From NCBI RefSeq assembly GCF_047973035.1, contig NZ_JBKEBF010000041.1, forward strand, positions 1,407 to 25,406: a DNA stretch of 24,000 nucleotides. The letters are read 5' to 3'. Position numbers and translations under genes: made by a program. Positions 8,206 through 16,487 of the stretch are shown piece by piece; the stretch's first letter is position 1, and every line of letters begins with the position of its first letter. Source of the stretch: Oleidesulfovibrio sp. Its GTDB lineage: Bacteria > Desulfobacterota > Desulfovibrionia > Desulfovibrionales > Desulfovibrionaceae. The notes beneath the pieces are model-generated. The model worked only from the letters and a program-made list of their open reading frames with translations. It searched no databases and was not told the DNA's origin.

Positions 8206-10653
8206 ATGAATTTTTTTAACAATCTGAAAGTCGGAATTAAAATAGGTCTCGGCTTTGGGTTAGTGCTTTTACTTATGGCCGTAATCAGCGGGATCGGAAT
8301 TTCATCATCATCCACCAGCGCAAAAGATGTATTAAATTACCGAGGACTAGCCATTCATTCCAATTTACTTGGCAGATTGCAGGCAAACTTTCTTATCGCC
8401 AACATCGGAGTCAGAACCTACATGGCTGACGGCTCTCAAGACTCGCTCACTATATACACCTCTCGTATTGATCAGGTTCAGCAATTCATTCATGAAACAG
8501 AAAAGGTATTAACCAAACCTGAACGGGCAAAGCTTGTGCAGGAGGCAGATACAAAGATCGATACATTTCAAAAACAGATGAAAGAGCTTGTGGAGCAAAA
8601 GCAGGCTCGTGCAAACGCAGTCGCTGAAATGGAGCAGGACTTTATCAGCCTCTCTGCTACCCTTGATAGCCTTGAAGCAACAGCCTTAAGCAGGCAGGAT
8701 TATGAAAGCGCCTACTCAATACAAACACTGCGAGAGCGGGTTCTGGAAATCAATCTCCTTAATAACATTCTGTTTTACAAATCTAACTCACAACAAGCTG
8801 CAGACAACGTAGTAGCAGCCCTTGATAAGTTAATCATATATCATACGGACATGGCTCTTTTCAGCTTTACTCCGCAAGAACGGGAAAAGCTGATGCAGCT
8901 TAAAAGCACCCTGACAGAGCTTAGAGGTGACAACGTCCGTATTGCCGCTATGTCGGTAAAAGAAAATGAACTTGCCTCTTCGTTAAAAATCCTTGGCAGA
9001 TCGATAGCTGATGATATCGAAACCTGTAAGTTGTCACTGATGTCCGATCAGGATGCCCTTGGCCCTCAGATTCAGGAACACCTGCTGAAAACAGAGCAAA
9101 CCATGATGACCAGCTCCGGCATCGTGCTTTTCCTCGGCTTTATTCTGGCATGGCTGATTGCCCGCACCATCACAGTGCCGCTTCGCAAGGCAAGTGCATA
9201 TACAGCCTTTGTTGCCCGTGGCGATCTGGAACAACAGCTTGATGTTAACCAGAAAGATGAAGTCGGACTTATCTGCTCCGGCATTGAACAGGTGGTTGAC
9301 GCCCTTAAAGCCATGAAAGGTGAATTCGACAGCGTTGTAAGCAGCATCGGAGAGGGTCATCTTACCCGCAGGGGCGACAGCAAGCGCTATGAAGGCAGCT
9401 TTGCCGATCTTATCAACGGAGTTAACCGCCTGTCCGACGTACTTACCGGTTTCATTGAAGCTGTACCTATGCCGGTGATGACTCTTGATAAAAGTATGAA
9501 CTTCCGCTTTGTAAACTCTGCCGGACGAGAATGGATAGGTTCTGAGCTTCCTGCAATTCAGGGCAAGGCGTTTGATGCATTGATGAAGCCCGAAACCGGA
9601 AAATCATCTGCCAGCTCATTTGCCAAAGCGATGGCACAAGATGCCACAGTACAAGATACAGATGTATTGCATGCGGGCGGCGGCACCTACCTTGTAGACA
9701 CCATAGGCGTGCCGGTAACCCGCGAAGGCCAGTGCGTAGGCGTACTTGGCGTCATAGTAGACCAGACATCAGCACGTATGGCGCAGCAGACAATGCTGCG
9801 GGTTGCCGAAGAGGCAGACTATCTTTCCGGCCAGTTGGCTTCCGCAGGAGAACAACTGGCAGCACAGGTGGAACAGGCCAGCCGCGGCGCTCAGGTGCAA
9901 AGCGAGCGCATTTCCACCACAGCGTCTGCAATGGAGCAGATGAACGCTTCTGTTATTGAAGTTGCCCAAAGCGCATCACACGCATCGAACAGCGCAGATG
10001 AAGCAAAGAAACAAGCAGAAGAAGGTGCCCAGATTGTATCCGGAACGGTAAAAGCCATTACGGAAGTGCACAGCCTTACCGACCAGCTCAAGTCCAACAT
10101 GGTCAACCTTGGTCAGCAGGCGGAATCCATCGGACAGGTTATGAATGTGATTTCAGACATTGCAGACCAGACCAACCTGCTGGCTCTTAACGCAGCCATC
10201 GAAGCCGCGAGGGCAGGCGATGCAGGCCGCGGCTTTGCAGTGGTAGCAGACGAAGTGCGTAAGCTCGCAGAAAAAACCATGTCTGCAACGCACGAAGTGG
10301 GCACCAACATCGGCGCTATTCAGGAAGCCGCAAAGTTAAATATAGAGAGCATGGAAAAAGCTTCGCAGGCCGTTCAGCACTCTACAGATCTGGCAGACAA
10401 GTCCGGCAAATCACTTAAAGGCATTGTCGAACTGGTGCAAAGCAGTGCTTCTCAGGTAGTCAGCATTGCTACCGCGGCAGAAGAACAGTCTGCAGCATCT
10501 GAAGAAATCAACCGTTCGATTGAAGAAGTGAACGTAAGCATTCAGGAAACAAGTCAAGGCGTGATCCAAGCTGCTCAGGCTGTGGAAGAGCTGGCTCTTA
10601 TGTCAAACAAGCTCAGCGAACTGATTGCAGGGTTACGTCGCGGCAACGACTAA
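8206..10653 (+). CDS. methyl-accepting chemotaxis protein (periplasmic helical sensor domain, HAMP, cytoplasmic PAS-like domain, MCP signalling domain)
   Basis: Hallmark MCP hairpin motif [35 protein letters not shown]. Two TM segments ([24 protein letters not shown] and [17 protein letters not shown]) flank a region of about 290 aa. A HAMP-like segment follows TM2, and then a PAS-like stretch ([30 protein letters not shown]...). ATG 8206 has a GGGGTGGGG SD. The track start 8182 has none. Confidence 0.9.
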   Translation: MNFFNNLKVGIKIGLGFGLVLLLMAVISGIGISSSSTSAKDVLNYRGLAIHSNLLGRLQANFLIANIGVRTYMADGSQDSLTIYTSRIDQVQQFIHETEKVLTKPERAKLVQEADTKIDTFQKQMKELVEQKQARANAVAEMEQDFISLSATLDSLEATALSRQDYESAYSIQTLRERVLEINLLNNILFYKSNSQQAADNVVAALDKLIIYHTDMALFSFTPQEREKLMQLKSTLTELRGDNVRIAAMSVKENELASSLKILGRSIADDIETCKLSLMSDQDALGPQIQEHLLKTEQTMMTSSGIVLFLGFILAWLIARTITVPLRKASAYTAFVARGDLEQQLDVNQKDEVGLICSGIEQVVDALKAMKGEFDSVVSSIGEGHLTRRGDSKRYEGSFADLINGVNRLSDVLTGFIEAVPMPVMTLDKSMNFRFVNSAGREWIGSELPAIQGKAFDALMKPETGKSSASSFAKAMAQDATVQDTDVLHAGGGTYLVDTIGVPVTREGQCVGVLGVIVDQTSARMAQQTMLRVAEEADYLSGQLASAGEQLAAQVEQASRGAQVQSERISTTASAMEQMNASVIEVAQSASHASNSADEAKKQAEEGAQIVSGTVKAITEVHSLTDQLKSNMVNLGQQAESIGQVMNVISDIADQTNLLALNAAIEAARAGDAGRGFAVVADEVRKLAEKTMSATHEVGTNIGAIQEAAKLNIESMEKASQAVQHSTDLADKSGKSLKGIVELVQSSASQVVSIATAAEEQSAASEEINRSIEEVNVSIQETSQGVIQAAQAVEELALMSNKLSELIAGLRRGND

Positions 10654-10678
10654 TTCCCTGCTTACAGCACAACAATAC

Positions 10679-10710
10679 AGGCCGGAAGATGATTCCGGCC
10701 TTTTCTATTT
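10679..10710 (+). terminator. rho-independent terminator of the MCP gene
   Basis: AGGCCGGAA (10679-10687) pairs with TTCCGGCCT (10693-10701) around the loop GATGA, followed by TTTCTATTT. Confidence 0.75.
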
Positions 10711-10909
10711 CTGTTACATAGCCCGAAAGAGGAATGTTCTACCGAAAAAGCTGATAGCCTTCAGGCTGGTGAGGGACAGAACACAATCATTCGCTATGGC
10801 AAAAAAAGAGAGGTAATCGAGCCCCTCTAGCTGTAACCAGTCGCTACAGCACTTGAAAAGATGCCTGGAAAGACGTTTGGAAAGCCGACGTCGGCCAGAT
10901 AGGTCACAA

Positions 10910-12211
10910 TCAGCTATCCAGAATATCACCGGCAGGCAGCCGATGAACTGTTCCGGCCTCATCTTCCAGCAGCAGCCAGCCGTCATCATCCACGTCGACA
11001 ACACGACCGGATAACACAGCTTCGCCCCTGCCTAACCGAATATGCCTGCCCGTAATGCCGGAAAGTTCTTTCCAGCGGGCAACCACTGCCGGACCACCAC
11101 CGGAGCGGAACATTTCATACATAGCTTCCAGTTCTTCTAAAATGCAGCGGGCAACCTGCGCGCGAGGATATTTTCTGACAGGAGCTGCGAAGCTAAGGGG
11201 GACGTTTGATGTTGCCTGTGCAATACCATCGGTCGGGACAGCCTGTTTACGCGCCAGAACGTTGTCCTGCGCCAGCTGGCAACCGTTCTTGCCGCCAGAG
11301 TTTTTTACGCCGCCTGATTTAACCGATGAATCCGGCGTGTGCAAGGCCGACCGCTGACATGTGCCGCCCATGCAATCACTGCTACCCGAACAAGAGGTAC
11401 CGGAACTGTCCGCAGGCCCGACTGTTCCGGCCTCTGCCATCTGAGCAGCCTGATTCAAGGAAATTGCAATCCCGGAAATTTCCGGCGGCAAGATGGACGT
11501 ATCAGTGTTCACATTGATGCCTATGCCTGCAACGGCATAATCAAGCACATCCGCAACCAGTCCCGCTTCAATAAGCACACCGCTCATCTTGCATCCGTAG
11601 ACCAGTATATCATTGGGCCACTTGGCCACAGCCGGTACACCGGCAAGACGTCGTACGGCCTGAGTTACCGCTACGGCAGCCATCAGGGTAAGCACCGGTA
11701 CAGCCTGCGGGTCACACTTGGGACGCAACACCACGGACATATAAACACCGCCTCCGGCAGGCGAAAGCCACGGTCTGCCCTGTCTGCCGCGTCCTGCAGT
11801 CTGTTCGTCCGCAAGCACTACAGTCCCCTCCGGTGCGCCGCGCTCTGCAAGCACACGGGCTTCCATGTTGGTAGAAGGAGTGCTTTGCAGATGTACAATC
11901 TCCCCCTTACCCAGCAACACCGTTTCCAGCCCATGCGTTACAGCATCGGGCTGAAGGCTGTCGGCGTCACCGCTCAGCCGATAGCCGCGGCGCGTCATGG
12001 ACTCTACAGGATAGCCGGCCTCTCTGATAAAGCGCATGTGCTTGGAAACCGCAGCACGCGACATACCAAGCTTCCGGCTCAGTTCTTCTCCGGAAACCCA
12101 TTCACCGCCACTGTTTTGCAATGCTTCTAGTATGTTGGAGCGAACTGTTCCGCCCTGGCCATGTTCACCGGAAACCAATTGTAAACCTATATTCTTGATA
12201 AAAGTTGACAA
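10910..12211 (-). CDS. birA: bifunctional biotin-[acetyl-CoA-carboxylase] ligase / biotin operon repressor, with an internal low-complexity insertion of about 90 aa
   Basis: N-terminal winged HTH (ILEALQNSGGEWVSGEELSRKLGMSRAAVSKHMRFIREAGYPVESMTRRGYRL; compare E. coli ...GMSRAAINKH...). Ligase signature GRGRQGRPW, then KWPNDI. C-terminal SH3-like tail GRVVDVDDDGWLLLEDEAG. There is no in-frame ATG at the 5' end. Candidate starts are TTG 12211 and TTG 12178, and both lie at or within the operator. Confidence 0.9.
   Translation of the reverse strand: MSTFIKNIGLQLVSGEHGQGGTVRSNILEALQNSGGEWVSGEELSRKLGMSRAAVSKHMRFIREAGYPVESMTRRGYRLSGDADSLQPDAVTHGLETVLLGKGEIVHLQSTPSTNMEARVLAERGAPEGTVVLADEQTAGRGRQGRPWLSPAGGGVYMSVVLRPKCDPQAVPVLTLMAAVAVTQAVRRLAGVPAVAKWPNDILVYGCKMSGVLIEAGLVADVLDYAVAGIGINVNTDTSILPPEISGIAISLNQAAQMAEAGTVGPADSSGTSCSGSSDCMGGTCQRSALHTPDSSVKSGGVKNSGGKNGCQLAQDNVLARKQAVPTDGIAQATSNVPLSFAAPVRKYPRAQVARCILEELEAMYEMFRSGGGPAVVARWKELSGITGRHIRLGRGEAVLSGRVVDVDDDGWLLLEDEAGTVHRLPAGDILDS
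12179..12211. promoter_or_regulatory. candidate BirA operator (bioO-like imperfect palindrome) overlapping a TTGACA -35 box for bioB
   Basis: TTGTAAACC (12179-12187), a 15-nt spacer, then AGTTGACAA (12203-12211). The right half matches the reverse complement GGTTTACAA at 7 of 9 positions. The E. coli bioO half-sites are TTGTAAACC and GGTTTACAA. TTGACA (12205-12210), a 16-nt spacer and GATAGT (12227-12232) form a plausible sigma-70 promoter reading toward bioB. Confidence 0.6.
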
Positions 12212-12298
12212 TAGTCTGTTTGACGCGATAGTTGTCCTTTACCGAAGCGGCACCGCCGTCATCCGTTTACCGAGCTGCCACTCACTAAAGGATGTTGC

Positions 12299-13270
12299 AT
12301 GACTATTGATTATTTCGCTCTGTGCAACCGCATTGTAGCCGACGCTTCTGCCGCAGCCACTGCCGAAGAAGCAACGGCACTGCTCACTCTGCCTGCTGAC
12401 GATACGCTCTCATTGCTTTCCTGTGCTCAGCGCATACGCGCAGTGCATGGAAAACCGGCATTCACCTGCGGCATTGTCAACGCGCGTTCCGGTCGCTGTG
12501 CAGAAAACTGCGCCTTCTGCGCGCAGTCAGCACACCATCAGACAAACGCCCCTATACATGAGATGCTCAGCGTACCGCAGCTGATCGAACAGGCAAAACG
12601 CCTTGCCGATGCAGGTGCAGACCGCTTCGGCATTGTTACCAGCGGTACGCGCCTGAACAGCCACGACATAGACACAGTATGCGAAGCCGTAGCACGCATC
12701 CGTTCCGAAACCGGTCTTTCACCCTGTGCATCGCTGGGACTGCTGAACTACCAGACCGCAGTGACTCTGCAGCAGGCAGGGCTTGAGCGCTATCACCATA
12801 ATCTGGAAACCGCACGTAGTTTCTTTCATGCCGTCTGCACCACCCATGACTACGACGAAGACATACAAACCGTCAAACTGGCACGGCAGGCAGGCATTGC
12901 TGTGTGTTGCGGAGGTATTCTTGGACTTGGAGAATCGGCAGAGCAGCGCATCGAGCTATCTCAGAGCATTGCAGAAACCGGCGCGGACTCCATACCGCTT
13001 AACTTTCTTACCCCCATTGCCGGCACCCCGCTGGAGCACAAGCTTCCGCCAGCCCCCTTTGAAGCACTTCGCTGCATTGCCGTTTTCCGGTTCATGCACC
13101 CCTCGCTGGATATTCTGGTGGCCGGCGGGCGCGAATCCACCCTTGGCGACTACCGTTCATGGACATTCATGAGCGGAGCCAACGGCCTTATGGTGGGCAA
13201 TTATCTGACTACATCAGGCCGCAGCCTTGCCGACGATTACGCCATGCTGCGCGCCATGGGAGTAAAATAA
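12299..13270 (+). CDS. bioB: biotin synthase (radical SAM)
   Basis: Radical-SAM cluster motif CAENCAFC in ...NARSGRCAENCAFCAQS... The block YHHNLETARSFF resembles E. coli YNHNLDTS. SD AAGGA upstream of ATG 12299. 323 aa. Confidence 0.95.
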   Translation: MTIDYFALCNRIVADASAAATAEEATALLTLPADDTLSLLSCAQRIRAVHGKPAFTCGIVNARSGRCAENCAFCAQSAHHQTNAPIHEMLSVPQLIEQAKRLADAGADRFGIVTSGTRLNSHDIDTVCEAVARIRSETGLSPCASLGLLNYQTAVTLQQAGLERYHHNLETARSFFHAVCTTHDYDEDIQTVKLARQAGIAVCCGGILGLGESAEQRIELSQSIAETGADSIPLNFLTPIAGTPLEHKLPPAPFEALRCIAVFRFMHPSLDILVAGGRESTLGDYRSWTFMSGANGLMVGNYLTTSGRSLADDYAMLRAMGVK

Positions 13271-14637
13271 TGACCGTACGTTCTGCAGAAACTGTCCGTC
13301 TGCGTGCTCTTGACGCTACGCATGTCTGGCATCCGTTTACCCAGATGGCCACATGGCACGAAGACAACCCGCTCATCATCAGTGCAGCCGAAGGTAACTG
13401 GCTTATAGACTCCGACGGCAACAAATATCTGGACGGTGTATCCTCATTATGGACCAACGTGCACGGGCACAGACATCCGCATATTGATGCTGCCGTCAGA
13501 GCACAGCTGGACAAAGTCGCACACTCCACGATGCTCGGTTTATCCAACCAGCCTGCAGTGGAACTGGCAGCAATGCTGGCAGAAATAGCACCGGAAGGGC
13601 TTAACCGCGTATTCTACTCCGACAGCGGCTCAACAGCCGTGGAAGTAGCCCTTAAAATCGCCTACCAGTACCAGTGTCAACGAGGCCCAGCCGGTGACGG
13701 ACGCCGCAAATTCCTTTGCATCCGCGGAGCTTATCACGGCGACACCGTAGGGGCTGTCGCCTTGGGCGGTATTGATATTTTCCACGCAGTTTACGGCCCG
13801 CTGCTGTTTGAAACCATAAAGGCTGAAGCACCGCATTGCTACCGCTGCCCTTTCGGACAGGATTCAGCAACCTGCAAAAAAGAGTGTTTTACCCACCTTG
13901 AAGAAACCGCAGCACGTCACAGCCACGAGTTGGCTGCGCTGGTCATTGAGCCTCTGGTTCAGGGTGCCGCAGGTCAGATAACTCATCCTGAAGGGTATCT
14001 GAGCCATGCACGCAAGTTGTGTGACAAATACGGTATGTTGTTGATTGCCGATGAAGTAGCTGTGGGATTTGGCAAAACAGGTACCATGTTCGCCTGCGAG
14101 CAGGAAGCAGTACGCCCTGACCTGCTGTGTCTGGCAAAAGGAATTTCCGGCGGCTATCTGCCTCTTGCCGCAACTCTGGCAACTGACGAAGTGTACAGCG
14201 CATTTCTGGGTAGTCATGCAGAATGCCGCACGTTCTTCCACGGGCATACGTATACGGGCAATCCCCTTGCCTGTGCTGCAGGAATCGCCAGCCTTGAGCT
14301 GTTTAGAACAGAAAAAACTCTTGAACGGCTGCAGGATACTATCCGTCTTTATTCACAGTTGCTTGAACCGCTGGCCGCTCACCCGCACGTGGGGCAGATA
14401 CGCCGCCGCGGCATTATGACCGGCATCGAGCTGGTGGCAGATAAGGCCACAAAAACACCTTACCCGTTTGCGGAACGTACCAGCCACAAAGTGGTTATGG
14501 CAGCGCGCAGACGCGGAGTTATCGTGAGACCGCTGGGTGATGTGATGGTGCTTATGCCGCCTCTCAGCATCACGCCTGAGGAATGCCGGTTATTGGTTAG
14601 CGTTGTATCTGAAGCAATTGAAGAGGTGACGGGCTAG
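13270..14637 (+). CDS. bioA: adenosylmethionine-8-amino-7-oxononanoate aminotransferase
   Basis: Class-III aminotransferase motifs GAYHGDTVGA and LIADEVAVGFGKTGTMFACE, with the PLP-lysine context LCLAKGISGGYLPLAA. ATG 13270 shares one base with the bioB stop (TAATG) and has a GGGAG SD. The track ORF begins 37 codons upstream, inside bioB. Confidence 0.95.
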   Translation: MTVRSAETVRLRALDATHVWHPFTQMATWHEDNPLIISAAEGNWLIDSDGNKYLDGVSSLWTNVHGHRHPHIDAAVRAQLDKVAHSTMLGLSNQPAVELAAMLAEIAPEGLNRVFYSDSGSTAVEVALKIAYQYQCQRGPAGDGRRKFLCIRGAYHGDTVGAVALGGIDIFHAVYGPLLFETIKAEAPHCYRCPFGQDSATCKKECFTHLEETAARHSHELAALVIEPLVQGAAGQITHPEGYLSHARKLCDKYGMLLIADEVAVGFGKTGTMFACEQEAVRPDLLCLAKGISGGYLPLAATLATDEVYSAFLGSHAECRTFFHGHTYTGNPLACAAGIASLELFRTEKTLERLQDTIRLYSQLLEPLAAHPHVGQIRRRGIMTGIELVADKATKTPYPFAERTSHKVVMAARRRGVIVRPLGDVMVLMPPLSITPEECRLLVSVVSEAIEEVTG

Positions 14638-14846
14638 CAGTTAGGGCACGGCCCGAAAAAGCGTAGCATCAAGGTTGTTGCATGTTGCCAGGCTACACAC
14701 CGTGTCGAACAGTGATGTTGACAGCGAAAAAGCTTAACTAGCATGGAATCATCAGAAGTCATGTTTTCAAGCCCCCTCGCAATTACGGCCTGACATTACG
14801 TAATAAGCTCTGCCTCCCTTGCCGCCCGAAAAGTTACCGCTGGATT

Positions 14847-15212
14847 ATGAGTATGCATAGATCATCTGACGCCCCAGTAGACACGCAGCAGCCGCAGGCT
14901 GCCCCCCGTTTGCCAGAACTCATCGAAGGAACATTTTGTTTTCCGCACGATGATCCCGTGTATGCAGAGCACTTTCCCGGTTCGGCATGCGTACCCGGCT
15001 CCATGCTGATTCAAGCTTTCGTCATGGCGGCACGGCAGCACGGCATTACACAGAATCTGACGGCAAAGGGCTTCCGCTTTCGCCGTTTTGTTGCACCTGC
15101 GAACCATCGGTACGCCATGCAGCTGCGCAACGTATGCGGCAGTGCCAGCTACCAATGCATACTCACTGCCGACGGTACCCGCGCCGTTACAGGAACGCTC
15201 ATATGCAGCTAG
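14847..15212 (+). CDS. short FabZ-like hot-dog-fold (3R)-hydroxyacyl-ACP dehydratase homolog (His present, catalytic Glu replaced by Gln)
   Basis: ...FCFPHDDPVYAEHFPGSACVPGSMLIQAFVMAA... aligns by eye to the FabZ core [21 protein letters not shown]. His42 is the CAC codon at 14970-14972. The position equivalent to the FabZ Glu is Gln56 (CAA, 15012-15014). At 121 aa it is shorter than typical FabZ (about 150 aa). Confidence 0.6.
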   Translation: MSMHRSSDAPVDTQQPQAAPRLPELIEGTFCFPHDDPVYAEHFPGSACVPGSMLIQAFVMAARQHGITQNLTAKGFRFRRFVAPANHRYAMQLRNVCGSASYQCILTADGTRAVTGTLICS

Positions 15213-15991
15213 CTTTCAACAACGGAGCCGCACTCATACTGGGCGGCAGCAGCGACATAGGGCTGGCAACAGCCGGCATGCTTATCAAGAAAGGCGTGCC
15301 GGTATGCCTTACTGCCAGCAGTGAGCAAAGCATGTGCCGGATACGGCAGACGTTTGTAGTACAGGAACAAACTTGCCCGCCGGTCATCATCGCCGACTTA
15401 AAAAATGCAGACGCAGCCGACACCTTGCCGGAAGCAGCCACAGATGCTCTGGAAAAAGCGTACGGCTCTTCCCTGAGCCTCAGCTATCTGCTTGATCTTG
15501 CCCAGACAGACTATGAAACGCTTATCGCCGCAGCAGAGCCGGAGATGATCAGCAGTTATATAGCCGCCAACATTGCATGGCGGGGCAGGATGTTACGTGC
15601 AGCAAGCCGTGCCATGCTTCGCGCACGCTACGGACGCATGGTGTTTGTATCATCCACGGCAGCCGTACTGCCCAACGCAGGGCAAGGAATGTACAGCGCG
15701 GCAAAACAGGCAAGCGAAGCTCTGTACAGAAGCATCGGTGTAGAGCTGGCCCCCCGTGGGGTAACCACCTGCGCCCTCCGGCTCGGGTATGCAGATGCGG
15801 GGCGCGGGGCGGGCTACCTGCATAAAAACGACAACGGACGGCAAGAGCAAATCACGGCCCGAATCCCCCTAGGGCGCGCCGTGACCATTACTGAAGCGGT
15901 TTCCACACTGCTGTTTCTGCTTTCAGACAACGCCTGCGCCATAAACGCGACCACCATCACCATGGATGGCGGCCTGACCGCCTGCAAATAA
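15203..15991 (+). CDS. short-chain dehydrogenase/reductase, 3-oxoacyl-ACP reductase (FabG)-like
   Basis: Rossmann motif ALILGGSSDIGLA. Catalytic Ser...Tyr-x3-Lys in VFVSSTAAVLPNAGQGMYSAAKQA. ATG 15203 has an AGGAA SD and overlaps the upstream stop by 10 nt. The 5' part of the 334-aa track ORF is an out-of-frame read-through of the previous gene. Confidence 0.85.
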   Translation: MQLAFNNGAALILGGSSDIGLATAGMLIKKGVPVCLTASSEQSMCRIRQTFVVQEQTCPPVIIADLKNADAADTLPEAATDALEKAYGSSLSLSYLLDLAQTDYETLIAAAEPEMISSYIAANIAWRGRMLRAASRAMLRARYGRMVFVSSTAAVLPNAGQGMYSAAKQASEALYRSIGVELAPRGVTTCALRLGYADAGRGAGYLHKNDNGRQEQITARIPLGRAVTITEAVSTLLFLLSDNACAINATTITMDGGLTACK

Positions 15992-16073
15992 CACAGATAA
16001 TAAACTGAAGCGGCGGGCCAAAGGCCCATCCTTTGTAATTCAAATCCACCCCACTGATTAAGACGAGAGAACA

Positions 16074-16487
16074 ATGACACAGCCCCTGCCAGAAACCGCA
16101 ATCACTGAAACTGTCTGCCGTATCATCGCTGAAGTTCTGGACATTTCACCCGATGAAATTTTTTCCGATACGTACGTCATACGCGATCTGGAAACAGAAT
16201 CCATCGACCTGCTTGAATACGGCGTGGGACTGAACGCGGCATTCGGTATTCCTGTGCGGGACGAGACGGTTTTTCTAAAATCCCTGCGTGTACATATAGA
16301 AGAGGCAAAACAGCACAATGCCCCTGTTCAGGGCTACCTTGCTACCCGTTATCCGCACCTTGCTCCTGAACGCATTGACGAAATACTGCAAACCGTAACA
16401 GATGGTCCTGTGTTGCGGGTGCAGGACATTGTCGAGTACGTGCGGCATGCACAGAAATCAGCCGAAGCCGGATGCCATGACTGCTAA
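16074..16487 (+). CDS. acyl carrier protein-like, with a C-terminal extension of about 55 aa
   Basis: ACP helix II motif DLETESIDLLEYGVGL (compare the canonical DLGADSLDTVE; the Ser in ESID is the likely phosphopantetheine attachment site). 137 aa, versus about 78 aa for AcpP. The protein ends ...SAEAGCHDC. Confidence 0.8.
   Translation: MTQPLPETAITETVCRIIAEVLDISPDEIFSDTYVIRDLETESIDLLEYGVGLNAAFGIPVRDETVFLKSLRVHIEEAKQHNAPVQGYLATRYPHLAPERIDEILQTVTDGPVLRVQDIVEYVRHAQKSAEAGCHDC

Noticed and set aside
10884-10895. 12-bp palindrome GCCGACGTCGGC downstream of birA as a terminator
   Set aside because: It is too short and leaves almost no loop. Only a TTT follows on the relevant strand. I did not consider it good enough to call.
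11339-12130. 263-aa plus-strand ORF (also 11055-11357 and 11326-11517)
   Set aside because: It lies entirely antisense to the well-supported birA gene, and its Arg/His/Cys-rich junk-like translation is typical of a shadow ORF in GC-rich coding DNA.
14987-15202. Upstream extension of the FabG-like ORF (334-aa version), with similar upstream extensions for bioA (13159), KAS (16402) and bioD (19928)
   Set aside because: The extensions run out of frame through the preceding, well-supported genes. Internal ATGs with SD sequences, in overlap or stop-start arrangements, give products that begin where homologues begin.
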